Positions 27,701 through 36,720 of a stretch of DNA of 64,000 nt are shown here, piece by piece. Each line of letters begins with the position of its first letter. The first letter of the stretch is position 1. The stretch is from a virus (lineage: Duplodnaviria; Caudoviricetes): positions 160,001-224,000 of the IMG/VR virus record IMGVR_UViG_3300038679_000357. One strand, written 5' to 3'. The notes beneath the pieces were generated by a model that did no database searches, was not told the DNA's origin, and saw only the letters and a list, made by a program, of their open reading frames with translations. Made by a program: the position numbers and the translations under genes.

Positions 27701-29111
27701 ACATTTTACTTAATTCAGTAAAATTTTTATCAGACATATATGGTCCAAGGAATAATGCCCTAAGACCATATTCCGTCCTGCTGAACTCAAGAAACAAATC
27801 AATTGGGACGTCTCTTATCTCACTTGCAAGACCGCCGTTGGCTCTAATCTTTTTCTTTCTATACGTTTCCTTCTCTTTCATAGACTTTTGCAGTAGCCAT
27901 ACCATTCCGCGCTCAGTCTGACTCATTGACACAATACTAGCGTACTTACCCATTGTATCATTGCCAGAATGCCCCATAGCCACAACAGCACTTTTTGCAT
28001 TCTCTATATGGTCAATGGAAGTAACAGCCGCACAAAGAATCATGACGTCACTATATCGATCAGATGAAGTAACAAGACTTTCAACTGAATCAGCAGATAA
28101 GTTCATATTTCTATTACGATAAAAACGATTCGCAAAACTATAGAAAACTTTTCGCATCAATATTCCGTCTTTGGTCAACCCAACGCCACCCCTTGGATTA
28201 TTTAATGTAGCGCTTTGCTCAATGGTTGACACATCATATGTAACTGGATTTCTATCACTAACAGAAATACCAGAAAGCTTATCTCTATATTTCTTTACGA
28301 TTGAAATAAGCCTTCCAATAAGTAGATCATTCTCAATCCTGCTTACATCTTCGTCGCTATTGTTAGGTGGATTGGCACCTCTACGAGCCTGCGAAGCCAC
28401 GTCAGATATTAGGTCTTCTAAAACAATTTTTTCTGGGTTGTCAATGATCAATATCGTTTTCACCGCAGACAGCAGCATGTTCTTTCTTATCCCAACAGCC
28501 AACTTGTGAGCAATATTTAATTTTTCCTGATCATCAATTGCTCTCCTCCTACCATTAACTTCAACCCCCCATACGGAATCACCAATTTCATCTATAAGAT
28601 CTTTCCCAATCAGCTCTTCTATTTTACTAACGTGAACAGCAAGACTGGCTTTAGAAGTTTTCTTTTTCCCCATGGCTGTCTTGATTGTAGATAAAGAGGA
28701 AGCTTCCTTAGTGTTATCTTCAGCCTCTCTTTCAGTCCTCCACTTCTCTTCCCTTTCTGAAACATTTTTCAAGTCAGTCATCGTATAATGAGGTAGTGAT
28801 TTTGGACGCGGAACGCCCCAGGTCTCATTCGCATAAGCAAACGCATCAGTAATACTGTCGAACTTCTTTCCGCCCGCTGGCCAACTGTCAGGAAGTTTTC
28901 TTACTCCGGCAAACCACTTTTTTTCATGCTTTTTCACACCAGACGGACTAATTACAACATTCCACTCATCACTCCCGCCAATTTCCTTTCCCTCAAACCT
29001 ATAATACGACTTAGGTCCAATAATGTCATTATACATGTCTTTAAGGAACTGAGTTTTATCTGTATACGACTCATTCCATGAAATTTTTTTGTCGTCTTTC
29101 AATTTTCTCAT
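24780..29111 (-). CDS. Large (1443 aa) hypothetical protein between portal and protease, probable internal head protein
   Basis: Long ORF coupled to the portal stop (ATGA overlap); acidic Gln/Asp-rich C-terminal linker; no recognisable catalytic motif. Confidence 0.55.
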   Translation of the reverse strand: MRKLKDDKKISWNESYTDKTQFLKDMYNDIIGPKSYYRFEGKEIGGSDEWNVVISPSGVKKHEKKWFAGVRKLPDSWPAGGKKFDSITDAFAYANETWGVPRPKSLPHYTMTDLKNVSEREEKWRTEREAEDNTKEASSLSTIKTAMGKKKTSKASLAVHVSKIEELIGKDLIDEIGDSVWGVEVNGRRRAIDDQEKLNIAHKLAVGIRKNMLLSAVKTILIIDNPEKIVLEDLISDVASQARRGANPPNNSDEDVSRIENDLLIGRLISIVKKYRDKLSGISVSDRNPVTYDVSTIEQSATLNNPRGGVGLTKDGILMRKVFYSFANRFYRNRNMNLSADSVESLVTSSDRYSDVMILCAAVTSIDHIENAKSAVVAMGHSGNDTMGKYASIVSMSQTERGMVWLLQKSMKEKETYRKKKIRANGGLASEIRDVPIDLFLEFSRTEYGLRALFLGPYMSDKNFTELSKMSVTPSDVSIMAKRMVSSNVNNIEEEVSKLEKDMLAYLSSKNLLDPDNQSNVTDGLNARPKEQFDEFIKQFRIQKHIYSRCLYEAIPAAYSREGTKFLKAKSGKQVRRFLETLGSWYFGRLSLPGKDPIDNSLISNLVLKPKISTVRDVISSSRKNNREDIANKLSEDYDGSEYSFISIDEFKKKYCQDESANSIFWQSNSMLSNIIPSISNDAISPNVVFTKKGALLALRYTMGEEWKLKTTSPHVYRGLLLDIIKGSKEVFHEDSDQNGGQASGAMSAIDSLRLHCEKNKKTEYTIDIDDLEAIADYCLNSPEYSDRRNKVNRIDNPACATFMSTADDDNLISSSSLSGHLVDAHSSTVVRAIATREKEKEKIGGDYEGLNVTELLLNGVVGGELFVKKGYFPPATGGITELPNDAIVIGGKKTKKSFSIDKLKSIKDGSDIIPGVYFERRLGGRTPVVYYPVRIGDISLSIKNYNKLVNQAFSVAKSSFSLPDYDPSVGSGKTPDRINNDQKNSIGKDEESEFEPIIDTAITGESTYGEFLKFIACGFYGESPIKARYSNDGDVSFSFANNESLQSRGTRGIWAQEASNDSYVNQQYRSLSDIDDARGILYNILPLVVSRKGFWWRNEQPTYTVEREVSGEMEVRHVPIVDFLSLNLSSPSRGDESLISFLMIGTGLETDYSNLKTSGMSSALENPEYYPITSKIVLCKESAERDAIRLIFSDMKRGLINNIIDEVASTALNTNASEVSSVIPGAGGKNDVVNRVGDGMSFNESLDGEIGSVEPRSGDESAEEQIPAMSEGQDQSSVEIQPSTEDQPSVVDGQDQSSVEDQVQTVDVPVSETGEEVVTQIDDESQPQSFFADDEYDNAYEDDEQAVEQIPLQSTVSPATQQTAQQPPETSTSVTDEDEEDIFNIFGGSGRVRSIMKEALLRMAGVSITLAKAGKTSESMEVTRMIKKMIGPKEGKNDQQIS

Positions 29112-31465
29112 TTTTTATCTCCCTGACTACGTACAGCATCGCCATGCAGACTCTTGATAAGCTCTCTCTTTCTAACAATTTCCTTCTCAATCCTGTCAAT
29201 AACTGCTCCAATATTATCTTTTATTTCGTCGTCTTTGAATCGAACAACAGTCCAACCGGCATTTCTCAATAGAGAATCTCGTTTATGGTCTCTAGCTACT
29301 TGTTCTGGAGCATTATGAAATGTTCCGCCATCAGCCTCTATATCAAGCTTTATCTGCGGAAACGCAATATCCATCAAATATGGTCTAGGTCCAAGCTTAA
29401 CTTCGTACCCACATACCCACTTGTATGGGATGCGACCAACCCTAGACCTTTCAACAAGTCCTTTCTCAAGATCTATCTCTATGCTTGTCTTCCAGATACG
29501 ACCTTTTTCATCTCGCTTAAATCCATCGCCACCATTAGATTTTTCAGAAGAACTATGTCCACCGCCTGGTTGCTGTTGAACTCTTGTATGATCAACTTTT
29601 TTGCGACTTTTTTCTTTCATGACTTTACCGCCGTAATCGGCGATATTGACTGAATTTTTTGACGTAGATGCAGCTACCGGCGGGGCTCCGCCAGGAGGCG
29701 GGGCTCCACCCATTTCTCCACCCGGAGGAGCACCACCCGGCGCACCGCCACCTCCAAGATCAGGAGGCAACCCTCCACCAAGGTCAAGTCCGCCTCCGCC
29801 GCCACCTCCACCAAGAGCCCCCTCAAGCCCGCCTCCGCCACCTGCTCCGCCTTCTCCTCCTTGAGGAGCGTCAGAAAGAGATTCGATTCTTTCATAGCGT
29901 ATTTGTTCCGCTTCGATATCGGGATCAATTTGATATTCTTCAAGAAGACGACGCCTTGAAATAACTCCCTTATCGTACAGCGACATAAGATTTTGACGCT
30001 CTTGGTTTACGTCACGTAAATTAAGTGCGTTCCACCGTATTTTTGGAACGATATAAACTTTTTCTCCCCATTCATTCTCTTTGACAAAGCCATTCATCTT
30101 GGCGATAGGTCCAAAAATCTTACTCTCAGCCCATCTTGATAGTTCATTGCGCCATTCATCGAGACGCTTAATCATTACTTCCGCTCCGATAGCTGCGGAC
30201 GAATAAACCGGACCCTCTGCATTCAAAAGCGCTTTGTTTATCCCAAGACCATCAAGTATTTCCTGGTTAATAAACTCCCACTCTGTACTCAACTGCAATA
30301 TCTGTCCATTAGCTCCAACCCACGACATATCAAAAGCGTGATGTGTTACAATTACTAAATTAGGATCATTTGCTGTAGCTTGCAACTGAGCCTGTACATT
30401 AGAAATATCCATTGGCGACGCTGGACGCTCTTCCGTACCAACTTTGACAACTTTAATTGGAATGATCATTCGTTCCGCAACAATCCACTGAGCGGTCATC
30501 AATTTTGTCTTATACGCCAAGATCGGGAATAAACGACGGATCATAGAGATCCCAAAACGTCGGTATCCACTTTCACCATATTTCAAATGACTGATGCAAA
30601 AATTATCAAGTGGAATTGGTCTTCCCTCCATAACCATTTTGGCTATGTTTGCGGCAAGCTTTCCACTTCCATTACCCTTCACCATCTGTTTTAATTCATC
30701 ATCTGGTATCATGCAAATGGAATTTTCTGGGGACAACGGATTAGTGAACACCTCAATGAAATCTGGATTTAAGACAACAAGTCTCTTAAACGTACCGCCT
30801 TCATGGTCGCAAACCTGACCATTATATAATCCAGTTCCATTGCATTGATCGCAATCCACCTCAAGAAACGGGAAACAATCACCAAGTAAATGAACCTCAT
30901 GATTAATGATTCTAAACCACTTCATGAGATCAATTTTCTCACAGAACTTTTCAAAATATTGCTTCACATACCGATCTTCACACTCAATTTCAAAGCCAGA
31001 AGAAATCGGAAATCTGGAGTAAAAATCTATTGCAGCAGCAACTCGCGGTTCATTTTCATAGAAAAAGCGGCTCCACTGATATATTTCACGACGCTTACTT
31101 GGAATCTGCCAATTAATTGGGGTGTATACTGGAGAGAAAAAGTTCGGTTGTCCGAACGAGATATTCAAGTTTCCACCAGCCTGACGAGTATGTCCTTGAA
31201 ACGCTCCGTTCGCCGAAACAGACCCAACATAATTTTGATACACTTCTTCATTTCCGACTAAGGGCTTCAATGACATAGCAGCATTTTTTGCAACTTGCGG
31301 AACGTCAGACAATGGAATTCCGCGCCTCGCGGCGCGGAAATGACTTTCAAGAGATGTGGTTATAAGTGGAACGCTTTCATTGCTGATCATTTTCAGTCCC
31401 TTTTGATCGTAAATGTTAATCGCAGAGTCCGCATTCCGCCCCGAAGCCAGCAAGTTCTTTTTCAT
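29108..31465 (-). CDS. Portal protein with C-terminal DUF559/Vsr-like endonuclease domain
   Basis: Portal-like FFYENEPRVAAAIDFYSRFP...LGDCFPF...VVLNPDFI...PLDNFCISHLK...YRRFGISMIRRLF; Gly/Pro linker (~29670-29870); then YLMDIAFPQIKLDIEADGGTFH...DHKRDSLLRNAGWTVVRF. Confidence 0.8.
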   Translation of the reverse strand: MKKNLLASGRNADSAINIYDQKGLKMISNESVPLITTSLESHFRAARRGIPLSDVPQVAKNAAMSLKPLVGNEEVYQNYVGSVSANGAFQGHTRQAGGNLNISFGQPNFFSPVYTPINWQIPSKRREIYQWSRFFYENEPRVAAAIDFYSRFPISSGFEIECEDRYVKQYFEKFCEKIDLMKWFRIINHEVHLLGDCFPFLEVDCDQCNGTGLYNGQVCDHEGGTFKRLVVLNPDFIEVFTNPLSPENSICMIPDDELKQMVKGNGSGKLAANIAKMVMEGRPIPLDNFCISHLKYGESGYRRFGISMIRRLFPILAYKTKLMTAQWIVAERMIIPIKVVKVGTEERPASPMDISNVQAQLQATANDPNLVIVTHHAFDMSWVGANGQILQLSTEWEFINQEILDGLGINKALLNAEGPVYSSAAIGAEVMIKRLDEWRNELSRWAESKIFGPIAKMNGFVKENEWGEKVYIVPKIRWNALNLRDVNQERQNLMSLYDKGVISRRRLLEEYQIDPDIEAEQIRYERIESLSDAPQGGEGGAGGGGGLEGALGGGGGGGGLDLGGGLPPDLGGGGAPGGAPPGGEMGGAPPPGGAPPVAASTSKNSVNIADYGGKVMKEKSRKKVDHTRVQQQPGGGHSSSEKSNGGDGFKRDEKGRIWKTSIEIDLEKGLVERSRVGRIPYKWVCGYEVKLGPRPYLMDIAFPQIKLDIEADGGTFHNAPEQVARDHKRDSLLRNAGWTVVRFKDDEIKDNIGAVIDRIEKEIVRKRELIKSLHGDAVRSQGDKK

Positions 31466-32075
31466 TCATTTCTTCACCATCCTTCGGGGATGGCTTTCCG
31501 GTCTTGCACTTACTACACTCATTTTCCGGCTCACTTTCCTTAACGAGTTGATTTCCATCATCAACAACAAGTCCAGGAATGTCAACCGATGCATAGATAG
31601 AAGTCAAATCAGGATTTTTTACAGCGATCTCTTCGAGCATGACAATATCCTCGACCGATACACCAGTCGCCAGAGAGATGGAGGCAGTTTTTCTTGGTGA
31701 AAGAGTGTTACCAGCCATAACTACTGGAGAAACCATACAGAACGCCTTTCCAATAGCTTGTTCTTTAGTTGCCTCAGACTTAAAGTCTGTTGTACTTCCT
31801 GGATTGCGCTCCTCTTCCAAGCGACGCTCTGTAGAAAACTCTTCTGGACGAGGGAGAGAAGTTCTCATTTTTTCATCTCGACGCATCGGGTGTCCACCGT
31901 CATTGCTTTCCGTGTCGAGCTTTCTTTCTTCTCCAAGTTTGGCATTTCCATACCACTCCATGCGCTCATCAACAGAAACCTCAACGTCTTCATCCTTAAC
32001 AACAGAAACCTCGCCATCACGATTCACTCTGTCGATGCCAACTTCATTATGATTTCTGACTGCAAAGATTTTCAT
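31416..32075 (-). CDS. Hypothetical charged protein (head region)
   Basis: 219-aa ORF containing TERRLEE-like motifs and CxxC pairs near the C-terminus. Confidence 0.55.
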   Translation of the reverse strand: MKIFAVRNHNEVGIDRVNRDGEVSVVKDEDVEVSVDERMEWYGNAKLGEERKLDTESNDGGHPMRRDEKMRTSLPRPEEFSTERRLEEERNPGSTTDFKSEATKEQAIGKAFCMVSPVVMAGNTLSPRKTASISLATGVSVEDIVMLEEIAVKNPDLTSIYASVDIPGLVVDDGNQLVKESEPENECSKCKTGKPSPKDGEEMNEKELAGFGAECGLCD

Positions 32076-32077
32076 AT

Positions 32078-32332
32078 CTATGTTCCTTTTTCTTTCTCAA
32101 CGTACTGTTCAACGCCGATTGCATTTGCGATGATCCCAAGCATCACCTCGCACACCTTCGACACGCTCTCATAACTGTCAGAAACTATCACTTCAGTGAC
32201 GGCATCCTTAATGTCTTCAGTGATGTCATGTCCGCAAATACCGGCAGCAGTAACAATTTTCCACAAAAATGCTTCAGGATCTTTCTTTACCTCTTGATAT
32301 AAATCATATCCATTAACAAAAAAATTACCCAC
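32078..32332 (-). CDS. Hypothetical small protein
   Basis: 84-aa ORF tightly packed between neighbours. Confidence 0.55.
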   Translation of the reverse strand: MGNFFVNGYDLYQEVKKDPEAFLWKIVTAAGICGHDITEDIKDAVTEVIVSDSYESVSKVCEVMLGIIANAIGVEQYVEKEKGT

Positions 32333-32333
32333 G

Positions 32334-33287
32334 TCATGACCCCATAGCTTTCTTCAAACTTTCATAAAACAAATCAGAAACCTTATTTGGAACGCTGGAA
32401 GTTTGCGCATCCCACGATCTTCCATCCTCTCTTGGTCGTCTTATCGCATTCAATCTTGCTTCATTTTCCTTGCGAATGGCATTAGATGTATCAAGTCTTG
32501 ACTCATTTTCTTTCTGACTTTCTCCAGGCATAATAGACAGTTGTCCAATAGGTGGTGTCCAATGACGATTCGTATCATCTCCACCGTATCCGCCAATACC
32601 AGTTTTTGGAAGAGAAGCAGTATCGACACCTGCGGTTGTTTCAGTCTCCCACGCCTCCTTATCAAACGAAATAGACTTTTTCCTTAACTCAGACTCAGAA
32701 GAAATGAGATCTTTTGTCGATGGAGTATTGTCATTTATTCCAGAAACATCCGGCGACACTACAGAAGCCTCTCCAACCCTTGGCTTCATATTAGGAGAAA
32801 CATTATAATCATCGCCACCACGCACGGACCGGACCGAAGACAACATTGACGGAGATTCAGAAAGAGTTTTATGACGAATTGCCGATGCACTATCCCACGA
32901 CTTATTATTAACGAATGATTCTGGATCAGCAAATCCTTTTTTCACCACATCGACCATCTCTCTCGACTCAACTTTCTTTGGCGTGTCGATAGACACCTTT
33001 TCTACAGACTTGGCGATAGATGGATCGGTTGCTTGTATCTTTGCAGACGGCAGACCAACAATTTCAGCCATCTCCTTTATTTTCGAAACAGAATCTGCAT
33101 CCATTCTGGCATCATAATAAAAATTACCACCAGACACAGCAGCCTTCTGAATCCCTTCCATAACTGACAGTTCATTGGAATCATCAATTTTTCCTGGAGC
33201 AGACGCACGCTGCGGGACATCTTTTCCAACCACAGACTGCATCATCCACGATGGGATCTCATTATTTCCGTTTTTACTTATAATCAT
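32334..33287 (-). CDS. Hypothetical Ser/Pro-rich protein (head region)
   Basis: SD GGAG before ATG 33287; mostly low-complexity with W-containing pseudo-repeats (SWDS, AWET, SWDA). Confidence 0.6.
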   Translation of the reverse strand: MIISKNGNNEIPSWMMQSVVGKDVPQRASAPGKIDDSNELSVMEGIQKAAVSGGNFYYDARMDADSVSKIKEMAEIVGLPSAKIQATDPSIAKSVEKVSIDTPKKVESREMVDVVKKGFADPESFVNNKSWDSASAIRHKTLSESPSMLSSVRSVRGGDDYNVSPNMKPRVGEASVVSPDVSGINDNTPSTKDLISSESELRKKSISFDKEAWETETTAGVDTASLPKTGIGGYGGDDTNRHWTPPIGQLSIMPGESQKENESRLDTSNAIRKENEARLNAIRRPREDGRSWDAQTSSVPNKVSDLFYESLKKAMGS

Positions 33288-33342
33288 GATAATCTCCAAT
33301 AATCCATCTATTCAAACGAAACGCACAATCATCCTATGCATT

Positions 33343-33382
33343 GTACAACAAAAAGCCCGGCCCGCACTTGACGGACCGGGCT
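33343..33382 (-). terminator. Rho-independent terminator
   Basis: On the minus strand agcccggtccg-tcaagtg-cgggccgggct (11-bp stem with one G-U pair, 33354-33382) is followed by TTTTGTTG; it lies downstream of the 33402..34055 gene. Confidence 0.8.
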
Positions 33383-33401
33383 CAAAAACACAACTCGACG
33401 A

Positions 33402-34055
33402 TTAAGCCTTAAAATCCTTAATCATCAGCTTGACGTACTCGGGATCATATCCAAGCATCTCGGTCCAATAAGCTTGAACCTGTTTCTTGGTGTCGCCAGA
33501 CAAAGCGGCAACCCTTACGAAAGTACGCTTATCGCTGGCTACGATAAGAGCATCCTCTTCGCTGTCGTCTTCATCTTCAACATCACCAACTGTCTCGGAA
33601 GAAAGACCTTCACCCTCTGTCTCGCTGTCTTCAGAAACGTCGGTCTCGTCGGAAACATCCTCAACCTCGATTTCAACTTCGTCGACTTCCTCAGTCGGAA
33701 CGTCGCCACTGGCGAGATCGGCAACGTCTTTAACGTCATCTGCGACATCCTGCAACTTTTCCTGCACGGCAGCAACATCATCGACGACGTCGGCAACACG
33801 AGCGGCAAGATCACCACCCTCAGACGGAAGAGACTCATCTTCCACGGTTCCGGGAATATCGACTGTCGTTTCTTCAGACACGTCAACGGTAGATTCCGGA
33901 GAAGTGCCGACTTCAGTTTCCTCAACGTCAACCGTTACAGGAGCTGCAAAGCCCTTCAATTGCTCGTCGGTGATGGCATCGACTCCGACAAGCTCGTCCT
34001 GAGAACGCTTTTCGAACCAATCCATGCGCTTTCCACCGGCTGATAGAATAATCAT
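33402..34055 (-). CDS. Highly acidic protein, probably abundant head/scaffold-like component
   Basis: Perfect SD GGAGGT before ATG 34055; D/E/V-rich; MCP-like codon bias; own terminator; short folded C-terminus (QAYWTEMLGYDPEYVKLM). Confidence 0.65.
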   Translation of the reverse strand: MIILSAGGKRMDWFEKRSQDELVGVDAITDEQLKGFAAPVTVDVEETEVGTSPESTVDVSEETTVDIPGTVEDESLPSEGGDLAARVADVVDDVAAVQEKLQDVADDVKDVADLASGDVPTEEVDEVEIEVEDVSDETDVSEDSETEGEGLSSETVGDVEDEDDSEEDALIVASDKRTFVRVAALSGDTKKQVQAYWTEMLGYDPEYVKLMIKDFKA

Positions 34056-34201
34056 GTTATTACCTCCATTTAGGATAGTCTTGTTTGTCAAAAACCGTAC
34101 GTGTTCCGGCATAAAGCCAGCCCAACCACGATTGTACACCGTCTACGTTTCAATATATCTCATTAAAACTCCTCTTTTCTACAGTTAAAGAATCGGAAAC
34201 A

Positions 34202-35092
34202 TCATGGTGGCGGCAATGTGTGAATTTCAATTGAGTGCGCCACACAACCTCCTGGAATAACAGACATACTGTAGGTCAGATCATCCGGTCCACAATCAAC
34301 TATAAACGGAGATGTAAACTCCACGCACGGAGAAACACCACAATAGACTCCGAATACCCACCTGCTTCCAACCAGTCGAAGAATCCCATTTCCTCCTAAA
34401 CTTCCATCGTCAAAATACATACATGGAGAAATTCGTTGCATGCGATGAGAACCAATTAAATCAATACAGTCAATACATCCACCGCAACCACCAACCCCAG
34501 TAACCCCATCGAAAACAACATAATATTCTTCACTAAGAGACGAATCGCAGTAACTACACTGCACCTCAGCCACGTGCGAGCTATGACTGTGAGATGAACT
34601 TTCTGGATTATATGACGAAGATGAGCTTGAATAACTGGCACTTGAGCTTGAGCCAACGATAGACGGATCTCCTCCGACATACTCAACGGACACCTCAAAT
34701 GTCGCCAAAGAGGAATCAACGTAAGAAGCCTTCGGAGATGCCGCCATATGAATATATTTCGTCAAACTCGTAGATCTCATTGGTATGGTCAATACCGATC
34801 CAATTCCACAAAAATACTGAGTAAAAGAAACTGCAGGATTAAGAGCATCTAAAATAGCTACGGCAAAAAGACCATCATCACACAATCCGATGGATGATGG
34901 TACAGAATTATCTTTATCAACCGATAAAAAACTTAATTTAACCGATGACACGGATCGAATTCCGGAAACAGCAATATCAAATGCAATGGCTTCTCCAATA
35001 CGTCCAGATTGACATACGCCAAAGTCCAGCGAAGAAACAGCTCCTTCGCATAAACCTGTAGATAAATCATACTTTCTTACAGTTACTTCCAT
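34202..35092 (-). CDS. Virion-type protein: domain paralogous to 36721..37158, poly-Ser linker, Cys-rich C-terminus
   Basis: N-terminus VRKYDLSTGLCEGAVSSLDFG aligns by eye to VREYNPTTGKFVGVVNELEFG; SSSSASYSSSSSS tract; multiple Cys distally. Confidence 0.6.
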   Translation of the reverse strand: MEVTVRKYDLSTGLCEGAVSSLDFGVCQSGRIGEAIAFDIAVSGIRSVSSVKLSFLSVDKDNSVPSSIGLCDDGLFAVAILDALNPAVSFTQYFCGIGSVLTIPMRSTSLTKYIHMAASPKASYVDSSLATFEVSVEYVGGDPSIVGSSSSASYSSSSSSYNPESSSHSHSSHVAEVQCSYCDSSLSEEYYVVFDGVTGVGGCGGCIDCIDLIGSHRMQRISPCMYFDDGSLGGNGILRLVGSRWVFGVYCGVSPCVEFTSPFIVDCGPDDLTYSMSVIPGGCVAHSIEIHTLPPP

Positions 35093-36714
35093 TAAACACC
35101 ACACGCACAGTTATAGTCAATAATAAACGCAGAGTTAGGCGCTCCAGATGCCGTAAATCTATATGTTGCGGAATAAATAAATGTATGGTCTACATAGCTA
35201 TAGCTCCCCCAACTACCATACGCAACCCACGAAGATCCATCCCAACGCTGAATATCCCACGAGTTATTTATGGCTGTCGATATAAAAACTCTATCTCCAT
35301 CGTTAAAATATACATCAACAGGCGGTGGAGTATTATTATTTGTGTCAATCCTAATAAGAATACATCCATTTGGGTCTGGATTGTTACAATATCCAGATGG
35401 ATACCAATAGTAATGACACATATTTCCGTATGCACATGCAGGAGCGCCATAAGTTGAACAACATGTATATCCAGGAATATATGGATCAGTTGAACTTGAA
35501 CTACTAGATGACGAACTTGAACTCGATGAAGAGCTATAGCTCGACGAACTAGAAAAAGATCCAGAAGAGCTTGATGACGGACTGTTTGATGAACTTGAAC
35601 TCGGGAAAGATTCATCGACTCCAATCAAATGAAGCCACCTGCATTTTCTCCACGGAATCCACTTTGATGAAATATAATCAAAATACGACACCGACAGTCC
35701 AGACTCGCCAAGAGAGTAGGCAACTGGACATTTCCAATGTCGATGAACTATAACGCCAGATCTATATTCGCATGTCACGCCAGGATCAAACGGGCGAATA
35801 TTCCCATTCATTGCAGACCATCTTCCGCCAGGCGTACAAACAGATACCGACTGGCGAAATATATTTTCCTCAATATCGTATGTCACAGACGAAACAGCGG
35901 CAGTGCCATCAGTTGAAATATCATACGAATTCCACCTAGACCACCTATCCGGATCAGACACATAACGAAACGGCGTTTCTCCATCAAAAGAATAAGAACG
36001 AAAGTAGTTGTACGACTCAGACTCTCTTAGAATAAAGAGAAAGGGGGCGTTACACCAGAATGAATACGTATCTCCTCCAAATTCAACAGACTTAAAACTC
36101 TGTTTTGGGTAAGAAACCATCATCTTTGAAGCAAGAATGGTAATGTCATTTCCAACCAATAACGCCCCATGAAGAATGTATCCTGACAGAGAAGTGACCA
36201 TTTGGACTCTCGAACTCATGTCATATACTCTGATCACATTACGAGAATCCTGAACAACGAGCATCACTCCACCATCCGGCATATAAACGGGAACAGACAC
36301 ACAGGCTTCTATATTTGGTAGAAGTGAATCATTCCCATAGACTGGCTTCCACTCCCTCGGATCGACAACATCTGGCTTGAATCTTTTTCTAACAAGAATA
36401 GGAGCATCAAATTCAGAAACGGACGGATGATAAACTCTTGGGTCAAAGGATGGAACTGAAATAATAGGTTGTGACGCCCTATCTTCTGCTAAAAACGGAG
36501 TAGCTCCAGCAATATTTATGTTTTGCCTGACGGTGGATACTAAATCAACAGACGTTAAGGCGGCAAAGTTCTGATTAGTATACCATACCGCACCAGAGCC
36601 ATCAATCATAGCGACATGAAGCTTTTTCCCAGAAAACATCCCCATTTCCACAATGCCAGAGCCGACAAAGTGAAACGACAAATCATAAGAACCACATTGT
36701 TCTATAACCGACAT
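35092..36714 (-). CDS. Virion-type protein with long poly-Ser linker and Cys-rich distal domain
   Basis: ~40-residue Ser tract (~35490-35612) followed by CCSTYGAPAC...MC...YC...GC. Confidence 0.6.
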   Translation of the reverse strand: MSVIEQCGSYDLSFHFVGSGIVEMGMFSGKKLHVAMIDGSGAVWYTNQNFAALTSVDLVSTVRQNINIAGATPFLAEDRASQPIISVPSFDPRVYHPSVSEFDAPILVRKRFKPDVVDPREWKPVYGNDSLLPNIEACVSVPVYMPDGGVMLVVQDSRNVIRVYDMSSRVQMVTSLSGYILHGALLVGNDITILASKMMVSYPKQSFKSVEFGGDTYSFWCNAPFLFILRESESYNYFRSYSFDGETPFRYVSDPDRWSRWNSYDISTDGTAAVSSVTYDIEENIFRQSVSVCTPGGRWSAMNGNIRPFDPGVTCEYRSGVIVHRHWKCPVAYSLGESGLSVSYFDYISSKWIPWRKCRWLHLIGVDESFPSSSSSNSPSSSSSGSFSSSSSYSSSSSSSSSSSSSSSTDPYIPGYTCCSTYGAPACAYGNMCHYYWYPSGYCNNPDPNGCILIRIDTNNNTPPPVDVYFNDGDRVFISTAINNSWDIQRWDGSSWVAYGSWGSYSYVDHTFIYSATYRFTASGAPNSAFIIDYNCACGV

Positions 36715-36720
36715 TCGACC

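Noticed and set aside
24780-29111. Tape measure protein
   Set aside because: Lacks Ala/Gly-rich periodic helical repeats and TM segments, and lies between portal and protease rather than after tail tube/chaperone genes.
29646-29964. Pro-rich plus-strand ORFs and an alternative-frame minus ORF in the GC-rich patch
   Set aside because: By-products of the Gly/Pro linker of the portal; no independent start signals.
33474-34043. Two long plus-strand ORFs (189 and 171 aa), one Ser-rich
   Set aside because: Mirror of the acidic low-complexity minus-strand gene, which has the perfect SD and terminator.
13881-34200. tRNA or other structured RNA genes in the intergenic gaps (13881-14047, 33300-33400, 34056-34200)
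   Set aside because: No cloverleaf, T-loop GTTCRA or CCA-end pattern recognised; the hairpins are better explained as terminators or leaders.
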